A stretch of DNA of 64,000 nucleotides from positions 261,373-325,372 of the forward strand of contig JBBTQW010000002.1 in the NCBI GenBank assembly GCA_038065495.1, read 5' to 3'. How positions within the stretch are numbered: the first letter of the stretch is position 1; each line of letters opens with the position of its first letter. The position numbers and the translations under genes are program-made. Shown piece after piece: positions 19,772-28,658 of the stretch. The stretch comes from Patescibacteria group bacterium. Lineage in GTDB: Bacteria; Patescibacteriota; Minisyncoccia; Phycocordibacterales; JACOZG01. Below the pieces are notes generated by a model. It was not told the DNA's origin. It ran no database searches and saw nothing but the letters and a program-made list of their open reading frames with translations.

Positions 19772-20627
19772 TGACCAATACTTTATCAGCGATTTCCTTC
19801 ATCGTCAAAATTTCTATCTTGCCTTGATCTCGTAAGTTCCGCGCGCGCTCGAGAAGGGCTTCCAAAATTTTGAACTGATTTTCGACATCATAAGAGAAAT
19901 TACTGGGATGAAACCAAAGGTGAAAAACCTCCCTGCGAGCAACAGCTCGATCCAAACCAGCATTCATCTTAGCAATCATTAAGCCTGGTGAGACAAGTCT
20001 TCTTAAGCCATCTCGTCCAAGTAACAAAAGACTATCGGGGATATTCACCAGACCATTATCGGCGATATGTGGCCGAACAGTATAGACACTAGGCAAAAAA
20101 TAATCTAACCAACGACAAAATCTTTTCACCAACCTCAAGGGAACGGCGTCAAACCACTTGCGAGAATTCCCGCGATAGCACACCAAGCCGCTAGAACGCA
20201 ATGAACCGAGCCACCTGACCTGATTGCGCGGAAAAACAAAGGAATGGAAAGGTAGTCCATGCTTATCGTGCACGCGTTTGGCATTTTGTAAATCTAACTC
20301 AACTATTCTTTGATCTACTTCGTTATAAATAATGTGCCCATAAGAATGACTGCCAATCTCCTGTGAGACTTTAGAATTATTAATCAGTTCTATTGTTCTC
20401 CTAGAATCAAACCAGAGATCGAGATGACCCTCTTCCGCAACAGGCTCCAGCAACCGCCCAACAATAGCCCAGGTTGCCGATACTTGGTACTGTTCGAATA
20501 ATTTCACTAACCGCTCAACAATCAAATATTCCTGTTTAATGAGTGACCGTTGTTTGCTATCAATTTTTCGGTCCACATAACCCCAGGCCAACTCATGGTC
20601 AATGCTGATAGTAAAAATACCCTTCAT
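19761..20627 (-). CDS. Divergent polysaccharide deacetylase-like protein (CE4-like).
   Basis: ISIDHE (divergent TFDDG position), SHSYGH (H-S-x-x-H) and FVFPRNQV. 288 aa, ATGA overlap with the upstream ATPase. Confidence 0.5.
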   Translation of the reverse strand: MKGIFTISIDHELAWGYVDRKIDSKQRSLIKQEYLIVERLVKLFEQYQVSATWAIVGRLLEPVAEEGHLDLWFDSRRTIELINNSKVSQEIGSHSYGHIIYNEVDQRIVELDLQNAKRVHDKHGLPFHSFVFPRNQVRWLGSLRSSGLVCYRGNSRKWFDAVPLRLVKRFCRWLDYFLPSVYTVRPHIADNGLVNIPDSLLLLGRDGLRRLVSPGLMIAKMNAGLDRAVARREVFHLWFHPSNFSYDVENQFKILEALLERARNLRDQGKIEILTMKEIADKVLVNVH

Positions 20628-22324
20628 ACTTCCAACATTTTCTTGAGTTCTTGCTCGGGAATTTCGCTTGGTTTACTGACTGGCGCGGAGTTTTGATTAG
20701 GTTGAGAAACAGGATTAGGAGCAATGGGAGTAGTATTAGATTTAGGCAAAGCTGACTGGACTTCTTGCTGGACCGAGGCAATCACTTGCTTGAGATCAGC
20801 GCTGTGGCGACCGGTGCTCTTCTCGCGATCAGTTGACTTCTCAGCCAAAGACTTGAGGGAAACTACTTTCTCTGGCTCTCTGGCTGTTTCGCGCACTGGT
20901 CTAACCACCTTTTCTGGCGACACACTTTGCGTTTGAGGCCTTCTCTCTAGCGCTGACTCGCGGCGCGGCTCACGCTTCGGTTCTCGCGCTTCTGGCGAGC
21001 CTTTCTCACCAGCGGTGGCCGGCTTAACCGCCATCCACTCGCCAATCTCCTGCTCGACCACCGAGCGCGGCTTGGCATAAGCTTGACGCGAGTTTTGGAT
21101 AATCTCTTCCCGAAACGAGTGCGTAAGTGGTTTGATCGGCGGCAGAGTAACGGCCGAGAACGGTTGCGAACCAACGCCGTTGATCATCATGGTGAGATAA
21201 ACCTGGGCAAAGCCAAGATTCACCATGTCTTCTTGCGTAAATGTCGGCGCAAAAATCTTCTCAAACACTTCGGCGTCAAACGGACCAACTCGGAACGACA
21301 CAATCGTACCAACGTTGCCGAAGACCGCCGCACGCACCTCCTCACTCATCTGCTCAATGTACTGATGCGCGATGGTAAGCGAAAGTTTGTATTTCCGCGC
21401 TTCGGAGAGAATATTCGCAAAAGACTCATTAGCGAAAGATTGGAATTCGTCCACAAACAAATAAAATGGTGGCACTAGCCTCATCTGCGCGGAGTTAAGA
21501 TTAGCGCGGCTCATGGCGGCGAGATAAATTTTCGTGATAATCATCGAGCCGAGAAGATTAGCATTACCTTCACCGATCTGACCTTTCGACAAGTTAATAA
21601 TTAAAATTTTCTTCTCGTCCATCACTTTGCGAAAGTCAAAAGAAGACTTGGGCTGGCCAATGATGTTTCTAATCAACGGATTAGAGGTAAACTGACCGAT
21701 TTTGTTCTGGATCGCCGGCGTCGCCTCGGCGGCAAAACGCTCGGTATAATTCGCAAACTCTTGCGTCCAGTAAGCCTTGACCGAAGCATCCGTGACATTG
21801 GCCACCACCTTGTTCCGATAAGCTTTTTCCGTCAGCATGCGGTTAACGCCGAGCAAAGTTGAGTCCGGATACTCGAGTAGTGCTAATAAAGTATTCTGGA
21901 GAATGTACTGCATCCGATCAGAGAAGCTCTCCTCGCCGAAAAGTTTTTTGAAAGCGCTCATCAAACCGTTAACGACTAAATGTCTCTGTTCCGGCCCCAC
22001 GTCTTCCATCACGTTAAACGAGATTGGATTCTCGAGATCAAATGGTGCAAAGTAGACCACGTCTTTGATCCGATTCTCTGGCACATATTCCAGAAGCTTT
22101 TCTGCCATACTGCCGTGCGGATCAATCACCGCCACGCCATGGCCATCGGCGATATCTTGCACCACCATGTTCTCGAGCATGGTACTCTTGCCCATGCCCG
22201 TCTTGCCGATCACATACACGTGCCGCGCGCGATCCTCAAACTTGATGCCAAAGCGCGTGCGCTTGCCCCGGAAGTCCGTCTCGGCAAAGTAAGTTTTATC
22301 TTTGATAATTTCGCTTTCAGCCAT
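20624..22324 (-). CDS. Soluble P-loop ATPase of the HerA/FtsK/VirD4 (TraG/TraD-like) superfamily with a disordered basic C-terminal tail.
   Basis: Walker A VIGKTGMGKST, Walker B LFVDEFQSF, and IAHQY. No N-terminal TM segment. The last ~150 aa are low-complexity, rich in K/R/E/P/S. Confidence 0.6.
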   Translation of the reverse strand: MAESEIIKDKTYFAETDFRGKRTRFGIKFEDRARHVYVIGKTGMGKSTMLENMVVQDIADGHGVAVIDPHGSMAEKLLEYVPENRIKDVVYFAPFDLENPISFNVMEDVGPEQRHLVVNGLMSAFKKLFGEESFSDRMQYILQNTLLALLEYPDSTLLGVNRMLTEKAYRNKVVANVTDASVKAYWTQEFANYTERFAAEATPAIQNKIGQFTSNPLIRNIIGQPKSSFDFRKVMDEKKILIINLSKGQIGEGNANLLGSMIITKIYLAAMSRANLNSAQMRLVPPFYLFVDEFQSFANESFANILSEARKYKLSLTIAHQYIEQMSEEVRAAVFGNVGTIVSFRVGPFDAEVFEKIFAPTFTQEDMVNLGFAQVYLTMMINGVGSQPFSAVTLPPIKPLTHSFREEIIQNSRQAYAKPRSVVEQEIGEWMAVKPATAGEKGSPEAREPKREPRRESALERRPQTQSVSPEKVVRPVRETAREPEKVVSLKSLAEKSTDREKSTGRHSADLKQVIASVQQEVQSALPKSNTTPIAPNPVSQPNQNSAPVSKPSEIPEQELKKMLEV

Positions 22325-22339
22325 CTCTATTTAGTATAA

Positions 22340-22375
22340 CTAAAAACTCCCCAGTTTGCACCGAGGAGTTTTTTT
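22340..22375 (-). terminator. Hairpin plus U-run after the surface-protein gene, immediately followed by a TATACT -10 box for the ATPase gene.
   Basis: aactcc...ggagtt 6-bp stem with a 14-nt loop, flanked by an A/T run. TATACT (RC at 22333..22338) lies 8 nt before the ATPase ATG. Confidence 0.35.
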
Positions 22376-22387
22376 GTCGCAGAAAGT

Positions 22388-25156
22388 TTAGTAGCTAAAC
22401 AAATTCGGAAACATGCCGTAGAGCCAACTGCCCAGACTATCACTAGCGCTGGCAGTTTGATTGCCGCCAGAGAGATAAGCGTGATTGCTCGCGACGATGT
22501 TGAATGGAACACTTACAGCAGAGTTGTACTCTGGGTTAGTCGATGAAACCACGACAATGACATAGCTACCGGGCGTCACAGGATTGGCCGTCAGATTTTG
22601 CCCAACTGTCCAGCGAAGTTTTTTCTCGTTTACAACAGCGATTTGTCGCAAATTAACTCGATTGGCACCATCAGACGGAGTGGCAATATAGACCGTATAG
22701 CTGTAGTTCCCCGACCGACTATCCTGCCACTCAATATTTCGTTGTTCGCCCAATCTCCAAGAATCACCGGCGCGTGGTCGATCAATAGAAATGGTGGAAA
22801 CCGGCACTGGAGCTGGGACTGGCGCAGGAGCCGGTGGTGTCGGCGTCGGAGTTACGACGGGTGGAACAGTTGGAGCAGGAACGGTAGGAATAGGCGGAGT
22901 TGGATTGACTACCGGCGGTGTTGTTGTAATTACACCGGCGGTTAAGCTCACGCTACCGAGACTGAAAGCCTGGACGGAAGACCGACCAGCCGCGCTAACT
23001 GGAGCCAGACTATCAATGACCTGGACCCAGTAATTGCCCGGCGCGAGCGTCTTGACGACGCCGTTGACGGTCACTCGACCAACAGTCCAGTTGAGGCTTT
23101 TTTCGCCAGTGTCATTGATCAAGCCGTACCAAGAACCACTCTGGGTGGAAGCATAAACTTTGTACCGACCAGGAGAATAGCTCTGGCCAAGATGTGACCA
23201 GTTGATCTCGCGCACGCTACCAATCGGCCAGACTTCGCCACCACGAGGGAGATTGACGGAGAGGATTGGAAGAACGGGAATTGGAACATTGTTAAGAGAG
23301 AAAGTGACACCGTTTGCTGTCACGTTGCTGGCATTGGAAATATCAAGATTATTGAAGTTTGAATCAATCCCCACAATACGAGAAGCTAAGAGAGTCGGAG
23401 AGAGCGAAACATTGTCGGCACCAGCGACAATATCAGCCTTGAATGTGATGTCTCTTCCGGGTTCAAGAAAAATTTTCAAATTCGTGAAGTCAGCGACTAT
23501 CGCGCCAGAAACTGGATCACAAGGACAACCAACCGACGAGGCACCATAAATATTAGTCCCATCAACTAAGCGAATATTGGTCAATTTTTTACCGGCAACC
23601 GTAGGATCAAGAGCAAGACCTAAGCCAGTAACTGTAGACGCACCATTATTTGACAGTAGGCGAAACACCCCCAAAACTACATTTTCAGTCACAGTAGTAG
23701 CTGAAGTTGTAACCGTTCTCGCGGCTGGAGAACTTGGACTGATTGCAGTGTAGATTTGCGCTCCGGTCACTCCTTTCATCTCAAACCCGACCATATTGCT
23801 CGCTCCAGTTGTAGGAGAAACCACTTGGACAGAATAGAACCCAGCAGGGTAAGGCCGACCGGAAACGGGTTCGATCATTGAGTGATAAATAGTCGTACCA
23901 TCTCCACCGACTACTGGATTTTCATTAGTCTGACTAACGAGAGCACCAGTTTGTCTGTTGTAGACCTTAATTGTATTCCCTGACGCGGGAAAACGCGTGC
24001 CGATAATTTGTAGGTAGCACTTTTCAGCTGGTGGGAGACAGCCCAAAACCGCAGCCGAAGTGATGTAAGGCGCGCGCTCACCGAAAACAGCGAGGGAATT
24101 ACTAATTGCTGGAGAATTGGTGAGAGTAATCCACTGACACCAACCATTAGAGGGGCAGAAAGCCATTGACCAAAGTACACTAGAGTAACTGCCACCAAAC
24201 ATTACTTGTGGATTGAAGTTCGCAACAATGCGAAAAGTCTGAGTAGTGCCGGCTGGGATACTTAGACCCTGGCTAATATCCGGCGTGGTCGTACCCGATC
24301 GCGGCCAGCTACTGCAGAAATGGTAATCTGGCAAACCCGGTACAGTGCAATTATTACTTTCTACATAAGGATACACCTGTATAATAAAACCTGGAGGCAA
24401 CACCACACCTTCTGCGCCAGCCGTGATATCCACATTGTAAGTGGCTGTTAGCGCTGATTCTTGCTGATTGCTATCGTAAGTGAGCGCAAGTGTAGGATTA
24501 GGTTGAGCGGTAACGGTTGGCGCGCCTGTCACAGACACGGCCACGCTCACCTGCGCTTGATTGCCATTCACGTCGGAACTGTAGAAAGTGGCCGTGTAAG
24601 TGCCAGAGTGCGTATAAGTGTGCTGGAAGCTTACGCCCCACTGATTAACTTGGCCGGAAGTCTGGGTGCCATCGCCCCATTCCACCGAGGCGCTGGTGAC
24701 CGTATTGATATTGGTCCACGAGTACCAGAAATTATTTTGATTAGTAAAAACGAGCGATGGGCCGGAAATTTGCGTAATCTCGAGCACTGGAGTAGCCGGT
24801 GCCACGCCAGAGCTATTGGCTTTGCCACTGATCACCGTGCCGGCTTTGTTGGTGGTTTTTTTACTGCCGGCTTTGATCGTTAACTTGTTGGGATTGGTTG
24901 GCGCCTTAGTTGGATCAACTTTGGCTGGGCCTTTGGCTTTGTCCCGAGCGGCTGTGAGCTGGGCAACAAGCGGATTAGGCACAGCTGGCTTAGCGGCCGA
25001 GACCGCTGCCACTTGTGTGGCGGCCGGCGTAGCCGGCCACAGCCAGCTAATTAAATTCTGGAAAAAAGACGGTCTAGTTTCCGTCGTCTGGGCGTAAACC
25101 GTGCCAGTTACAACCAGAGTAACGAGCACTAGAACCAAAAGTAGTTTCTTGATCAT
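22388..25156 (-). CDS. Large secreted surface protein: signal peptide, PKD domain, Ig-like beta-rich region, PT-rich linker and two C-terminal Kre9/KNH-like (PF10342-like) modules.
   Basis: Signal peptide MIKKLLLVLVLVTLVVTGTVYA. PKD signature VEWGDGTQTSG...FQHTYTHSGTYTATF. PT linker PVVNPTPPIPTVPAPTVPPVVTPTPTPPAPAPVPAPVP. Repeated module NLPRGGEVWPIG..EINWS...GRYKVYAST.SGSWYGLIN... 922 aa. Confidence 0.75.
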   Translation of the reverse strand: MIKKLLLVLVLVTLVVTGTVYAQTTETRPSFFQNLISWLWPATPAATQVAAVSAAKPAVPNPLVAQLTAARDKAKGPAKVDPTKAPTNPNKLTIKAGSKKTTNKAGTVISGKANSSGVAPATPVLEITQISGPSLVFTNQNNFWYSWTNINTVTSASVEWGDGTQTSGQVNQWGVSFQHTYTHSGTYTATFYSSDVNGNQAQVSVAVSVTGAPTVTAQPNPTLALTYDSNQQESALTATYNVDITAGAEGVVLPPGFIIQVYPYVESNNCTVPGLPDYHFCSSWPRSGTTTPDISQGLSIPAGTTQTFRIVANFNPQVMFGGSYSSVLWSMAFCPSNGWCQWITLTNSPAISNSLAVFGERAPYITSAAVLGCLPPAEKCYLQIIGTRFPASGNTIKVYNRQTGALVSQTNENPVVGGDGTTIYHSMIEPVSGRPYPAGFYSVQVVSPTTGASNMVGFEMKGVTGAQIYTAISPSSPAARTVTTSATTVTENVVLGVFRLLSNNGASTVTGLGLALDPTVAGKKLTNIRLVDGTNIYGASSVGCPCDPVSGAIVADFTNLKIFLEPGRDITFKADIVAGADNVSLSPTLLASRIVGIDSNFNNLDISNASNVTANGVTFSLNNVPIPVLPILSVNLPRGGEVWPIGSVREINWSHLGQSYSPGRYKVYASTQSGSWYGLINDTGEKSLNWTVGRVTVNGVVKTLAPGNYWVQVIDSLAPVSAAGRSSVQAFSLGSVSLTAGVITTTPPVVNPTPPIPTVPAPTVPPVVTPTPTPPAPAPVPAPVPVSTISIDRPRAGDSWRLGEQRNIEWQDSRSGNYSYTVYIATPSDGANRVNLRQIAVVNEKKLRWTVGQNLTANPVTPGSYVIVVVSSTNPEYNSAVSVPFNIVASNHAYLSGGNQTASASDSLGSWLYGMFPNLFSY

Positions 25157-25230
25157 GATAATTTAGAAATTAAAAATATTAATACTCAATTATTATCACC
25201 CAGAAAGCTTAATTATGCTATTTTATAGTA

Positions 25231-26022
25231 ATGAAACTGGGGATAAAAATTCTAAGCGCGATTTTGGCGCTATATATTTTCGTCTTTTTTGCCGTCAAAT
25301 TTGGTTGGACAAATGTAAGAGGCGTAGTAGACAAGCAACTAGCGCAAGTAAGCGCGCTTGAGCTCGTCACGCCAGCTTGGGCAGAGAGCGAAGAATGGCA
25401 AACTTTAAAATTAGCGATTCTAAAAGACAAAGCTGTCTTAGAAAAAGTCGCGAGCGAGACTGACTTGCCAGCCAGACTAATTGTTGCCGCGATTGTGCCA
25501 GAGCAATTGCGCTTATTCCACGACGAACGCGAGATTTTCAAACAAGTTTTCTTACCACTCAAGATTCTGGGCAATCAGACGCAGTTTTCTTGGGGCGTGG
25601 CGGGATTGAAGCCGGAAACGGCAGAAAAAATTGAGCAGAATTTATTAGATCAGACTTCGGTTTTTTACCCGGGTGCTAAATATCGTGATTTATTGAACTT
25701 GCAAACCACAGACACTGACCAAAATAGTGCTAGATTTGCGAGAATTACGGACGAGCAAGATCGCTATTTTTCTTATCTCTACACGGCGCTTTATTTGCGC
25801 CAAGTGATGAGCCAGTGGGAAAAAGCCGGCTTTGATATTTCCCAGAAACCAGAAATCCTCGCTACTTTATTTAATATCGGCTTCCAGAATTCTGTGCCAA
25901 AGGCTAACCCTCAGGCTGGTGGTAGTGAGATCGAAATTGCTGGCCAGAAGTACAGCTTTGGCAGATTAGCTTACGAGTTTTATTATTCTAGAGAATTAGA
26001 AACAGAATTTGTGAGAAACTAA
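25231..26022 (+). CDS. Membrane-anchored hypothetical protein.
   Basis: N-terminal TM helix (ILSAILALYIFVFFAV). 263 aa. A TATAGT box lies 1 nt before the ATG, so the transcript may be leaderless. Confidence 0.5.
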   Translation: MKLGIKILSAILALYIFVFFAVKFGWTNVRGVVDKQLAQVSALELVTPAWAESEEWQTLKLAILKDKAVLEKVASETDLPARLIVAAIVPEQLRLFHDEREIFKQVFLPLKILGNQTQFSWGVAGLKPETAEKIEQNLLDQTSVFYPGAKYRDLLNLQTTDTDQNSARFARITDEQDRYFSYLYTALYLRQVMSQWEKAGFDISQKPEILATLFNIGFQNSVPKANPQAGGSEIEIAGQKYSFGRLAYEFYYSRELETEFVRN

Positions 26023-26033
26023 AATTTTATAGA

Positions 26034-27194
26034 TTATAGATTCAAGAACGCCTGCCACACATTTGCTAGCCAGTTAAATTGAGAAAAACCAGAAGTACTC
26101 CGCACCAGCTCCACACTGCCAGCGCTCAAGACTTTCAGCGAACTCACGCCAGTATCTTTCACCACGGCAATCCAATAATTACCGGGTGAGAGGGTTCTGG
26201 GCACGCCATTTACCGTCACTCTCCCCACTTGCCAGTTTAAGCTTGGTTCGCCCGTCTGGTTGATCAAACCATAATAAGAGCCGTCCCAGGTAGAAGCGTA
26301 AATTTTATAGAGCCCTGGCGAATATTTATAATTAGTTTCGGACCAATTTATTTCTTTCGTCGCGCCAATCGTCCAGACTTCACCACCGCGCGGCAAGTTC
26401 ACGACTAAATCTGCACGAACCGGGTTAGCCGCGGGCGTGGAATTACTGCCAGTGACTGGTGGCACGGGATTAGTTGGTGGCGTTGGCGTGGGATTATTGG
26501 GAGCAATGTTCAAGTTAGCATTAATCGCCTGCGAGAGTTGCGCCCACGGTGCGCCCGGCAAATGGTAAGAATTGGCCGCCGTTTTGGCATTGTATTGACA
26601 ATAAGGCATGCCATTCTCATGACGATTGGGGACCGAGCCATCAATACAGCAACGCTTGTCATTAGCATACTTGGTGCCATCTAGACCTTTGGCCACTTTT
26701 CCAGTTTGACCCATAAATTTGCAAGCGGCGCCTTCCAAACCCTTAGGCTGGCAATATGGATAAGAGGGATATTCGGCAACCATCGCTCCCCGATCTTCGG
26801 TCGCATTGCAACACCAAACTTGTTTGCCGTCGGTAGTCGTACCAGCCAAGCTGGAGCCACCCGGGCAATTGGTGCTGGTGGGCTTGGGCGGCACGCACAC
26901 AGCCACATTGGCCACCGAACTATCAGAGACGCCACAAGAGTCCTGCTTGTAGCAACAAGTTGACTTAGTCCCAGCTGGGCAAAATTTGCCATTGCTCGGA
27001 GCCGCCTCGCACTTGGCTTTGATCGTCTGACAATAACCGACCCAGAAACCAGCTGGCTGCTCGTAGAGATTATTACAACAATAATCGCCACTTTTTGTAT
27101 AACCACTTGGACAATTAGCAGCTAGCGCCTGACTAGAAACTAAAAACAGAATAATTACTAAAACTGTGTAGAAATATTTTCTTAACTTGTTCAT
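26034..27194 (-). CDS. Secreted Cys-rich protein with a PT linker and a C-terminal Kre9/KNH-like module paralogous to the 922-aa protein.
   Basis: Signal peptide MNKLRKYFYTVLVIILFLVSSQALA. About 28 Cys in the first 200 aa (CPSGY..CCNN..C..C). PT linker PNNPTPTPPTNPVPPV. Module VNLPRGGEVWTIGATKEINWSETNYKYSPGLYKIYASTWDGSYYGLINQTGEPSLNWQVGRVTVNGVPRTLSPGNYW. Confidence 0.7.
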   Translation of the reverse strand: MNKLRKYFYTVLVIILFLVSSQALAANCPSGYTKSGDYCCNNLYEQPAGFWVGYCQTIKAKCEAAPSNGKFCPAGTKSTCCYKQDSCGVSDSSVANVAVCVPPKPTSTNCPGGSSLAGTTTDGKQVWCCNATEDRGAMVAEYPSYPYCQPKGLEGAACKFMGQTGKVAKGLDGTKYANDKRCCIDGSVPNRHENGMPYCQYNAKTAANSYHLPGAPWAQLSQAINANLNIAPNNPTPTPPTNPVPPVTGSNSTPAANPVRADLVVNLPRGGEVWTIGATKEINWSETNYKYSPGLYKIYASTWDGSYYGLINQTGEPSLNWQVGRVTVNGVPRTLSPGNYWIAVVKDTGVSSLKVLSAGSVELVRSTSGFSQFNWLANVWQAFLNL

Positions 27195-27257
27195 GTTTAT
27201 TTAGTTTTTTATTTATTATCTCAATTAGTATAGCGCAAGACCGTTTTTTCCAAGCCC

Positions 27258-27285
27258 TTGACAAGTTCTGTGTATTTGCTATAAT
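27258..27285 (+). promoter_or_regulatory. Near-consensus sigma70 promoter (TTGACA, 16-nt spacer, TATAAT).
   Basis: TTGACA at 27258..27263 and TATAAT at 27280..27285, followed by an AAAGGGG RBS at 27294..27300 and an ATG at 27308. Confidence 0.6.
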
Positions 27286-27307
27286 GGGGGTAGAAAGGGG
27301 TGTAAAC

Positions 27308-27439
27308 ATGAAAATACGCCTAACTACAGCCCTAATTGCTCTTATCACCATCTTTGGTTTGGCGACGATCGGTCTTGGAACCTGGCAGGTCTACAAAGAA
27401 GTAAGCCACACTATCGGCTTCTCCGGGCCATGTCGCTAA
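27308..27439 (+). CDS. 43-aa hydrophobic mini-protein (MKIRLTTALIALITIFGLATIGLGTWQVYKEVSHTIGFSGPCR).
   Basis: Consensus promoter, RBS, ATG, a single TM-like helix and an intrinsic terminator directly downstream. It falls below the ORF-track size cut-off. Confidence 0.45.
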   Translation: MKIRLTTALIALITIFGLATIGLGTWQVYKEVSHTIGFSGPCR

Positions 27440-27467
27440 GCAAGAACGAGATGATCAGTGAACCCAA

Positions 27468-27498
27468 AACCCCGAGCACGTTGCTCGGGGTTTGTTAA
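27468..27498. terminator. Bidirectional rho-independent terminator. It ends the mini-ORF on the plus strand and the rplB-containing ribosomal operon on the minus strand.
   Basis: ccccgagca-cgt-tgctcgggg forms a perfect 9-bp stem. TTTGTT follows on the plus strand and an AAAA run sits on the other side. Confidence 0.7.
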
Positions 27499-27526
27499 TT
27501 CTCGTGAAAAATTTAGTTTTACTGTT

Positions 27527-28366
27527 TTACTTTCTCCCTTTCTTCTGCCGGCGCGTAACACGGAAGACATCAGAATACTTTTTAACGCGGCGCGTTTTGC
27601 GACCACCAGTAATCTTGCCGTGAGCAGTCTTGGGCCGGCGCGTACCGCGACCTTGGCGGCCCTCACCACCACCGTATGGGTGGTCCACCGGATTCATCGC
27701 CGAGCCACGGACAGTGGGCCGGATACCCAACCAGCGTGAACGTCCAGCTTTGCCCAGGTTCATGAGCTTCTGCTCTTCGTTCGAGACCGCACCGATCGAG
27801 GCCCAAGCCGTTTCTCGCACTTGTCGCACTTCTGTTGATGGCAACTTGAGCGAAGTATAACCAGCGTCGTTGGAGAGAACCTGCGCAAAAGAGCCCGCCG
27901 AGCGCACCAGCTTGGCCCCGCCGCCGGGTTGCAACTCAATATTGTAGACGAAAGTGCCGACCGGGATCTTCTTGAGCGGCAAGCGATTGCCTGTCTTTAC
28001 TTCCGCTTCGGCAGAAATAGCAAATTTATCGCCCACGCGCATACTCGCTGGCAAGAGCACATAGCGCCGCTCACCATCGGCATACAGCGCAAGACCGATT
28101 AAGCCACTACGATTTGGGTCGTATTCTACACTCTCAATCTTGGCGGGAATGTTGATTTTGTTGTATTTAAAGTCAATCTCGCGGAAGAGTCGCTTGTGGC
28201 CACTGCCCTTGTGGCGCACGGTGATCCGGCCCACATTGTTACGACCCACCGCGCGCTTGCGACCGTAGGTGAGCGCCTTCGCCGGTTCATTGCGAGTAAT
28301 TGTGCCACGATAAGTCACTGTAGAGGCTTGGCGACGAGATGGCGTGTATGGATTATAAGCTTTCAT
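27527..28366 (-). CDS. rplB: 50S ribosomal protein L2.
   Basis: GRNNVGRITVRHKGSGHKRLFREIDF and the C-terminal GGGEGRQGRG. 279 aa. Confidence 0.92.
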   Translation of the reverse strand: MKAYNPYTPSRRQASTVTYRGTITRNEPAKALTYGRKRAVGRNNVGRITVRHKGSGHKRLFREIDFKYNKINIPAKIESVEYDPNRSGLIGLALYADGERRYVLLPASMRVGDKFAISAEAEVKTGNRLPLKKIPVGTFVYNIELQPGGGAKLVRSAGSFAQVLSNDAGYTSLKLPSTEVRQVRETAWASIGAVSNEEQKLMNLGKAGRSRWLGIRPTVRGSAMNPVDHPYGGGEGRQGRGTRRPKTAHGKITGGRKTRRVKKYSDVFRVTRRQKKGRK

Positions 28367-28367
28367 G

Positions 28368-28652
28368 TTATTTTAGTTTTTCACCAGCCTTGAGATAAAT
28401 TACGGCTTTTTTCATACCTGGCCGTTGGCCAATTTTACCTCTCACCAACACTTTTTTGCCAGTCAAGTTCATGATATTAATCTTTCTGGGTGTCACATTA
28501 TAGAGTTGCTTGATTGCCGCGCGGATGAGTGGCTTGTTCGCATCACGAGCGACTTCGAAGTTATAGACACCCTGGAGTGCCGACTTTTCCGTCGCCAGTG
28601 GCCGGCGGAGGACGAGTGTTTCTTGACTAAGTTGTTTGCCGAGTTTGGACAT
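28368..28652 (-). CDS. rplW: 50S ribosomal protein L23.
   Basis: 94 aa. Sits between L4 and L2, matching the conserved S10-operon order. KVLVRGKIGQRPGMKKAVIYLKAGEKL. Confidence 0.85.
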   Translation of the reverse strand: MSKLGKQLSQETLVLRRPLATEKSALQGVYNFEVARDANKPLIRAAIKQLYNVTPRKINIMNLTGKKVLVRGKIGQRPGMKKAVIYLKAGEKLK

Positions 28653-28658
28653 GATTAT

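Noticed and set aside
22790-22925. Low-complexity GGN/GCN-rich DNA repeat.
   Set aside because: It is simply the coding sequence of the PT-rich linker of the 922-aa protein read on the opposite strand. It is not an independent repeat element.
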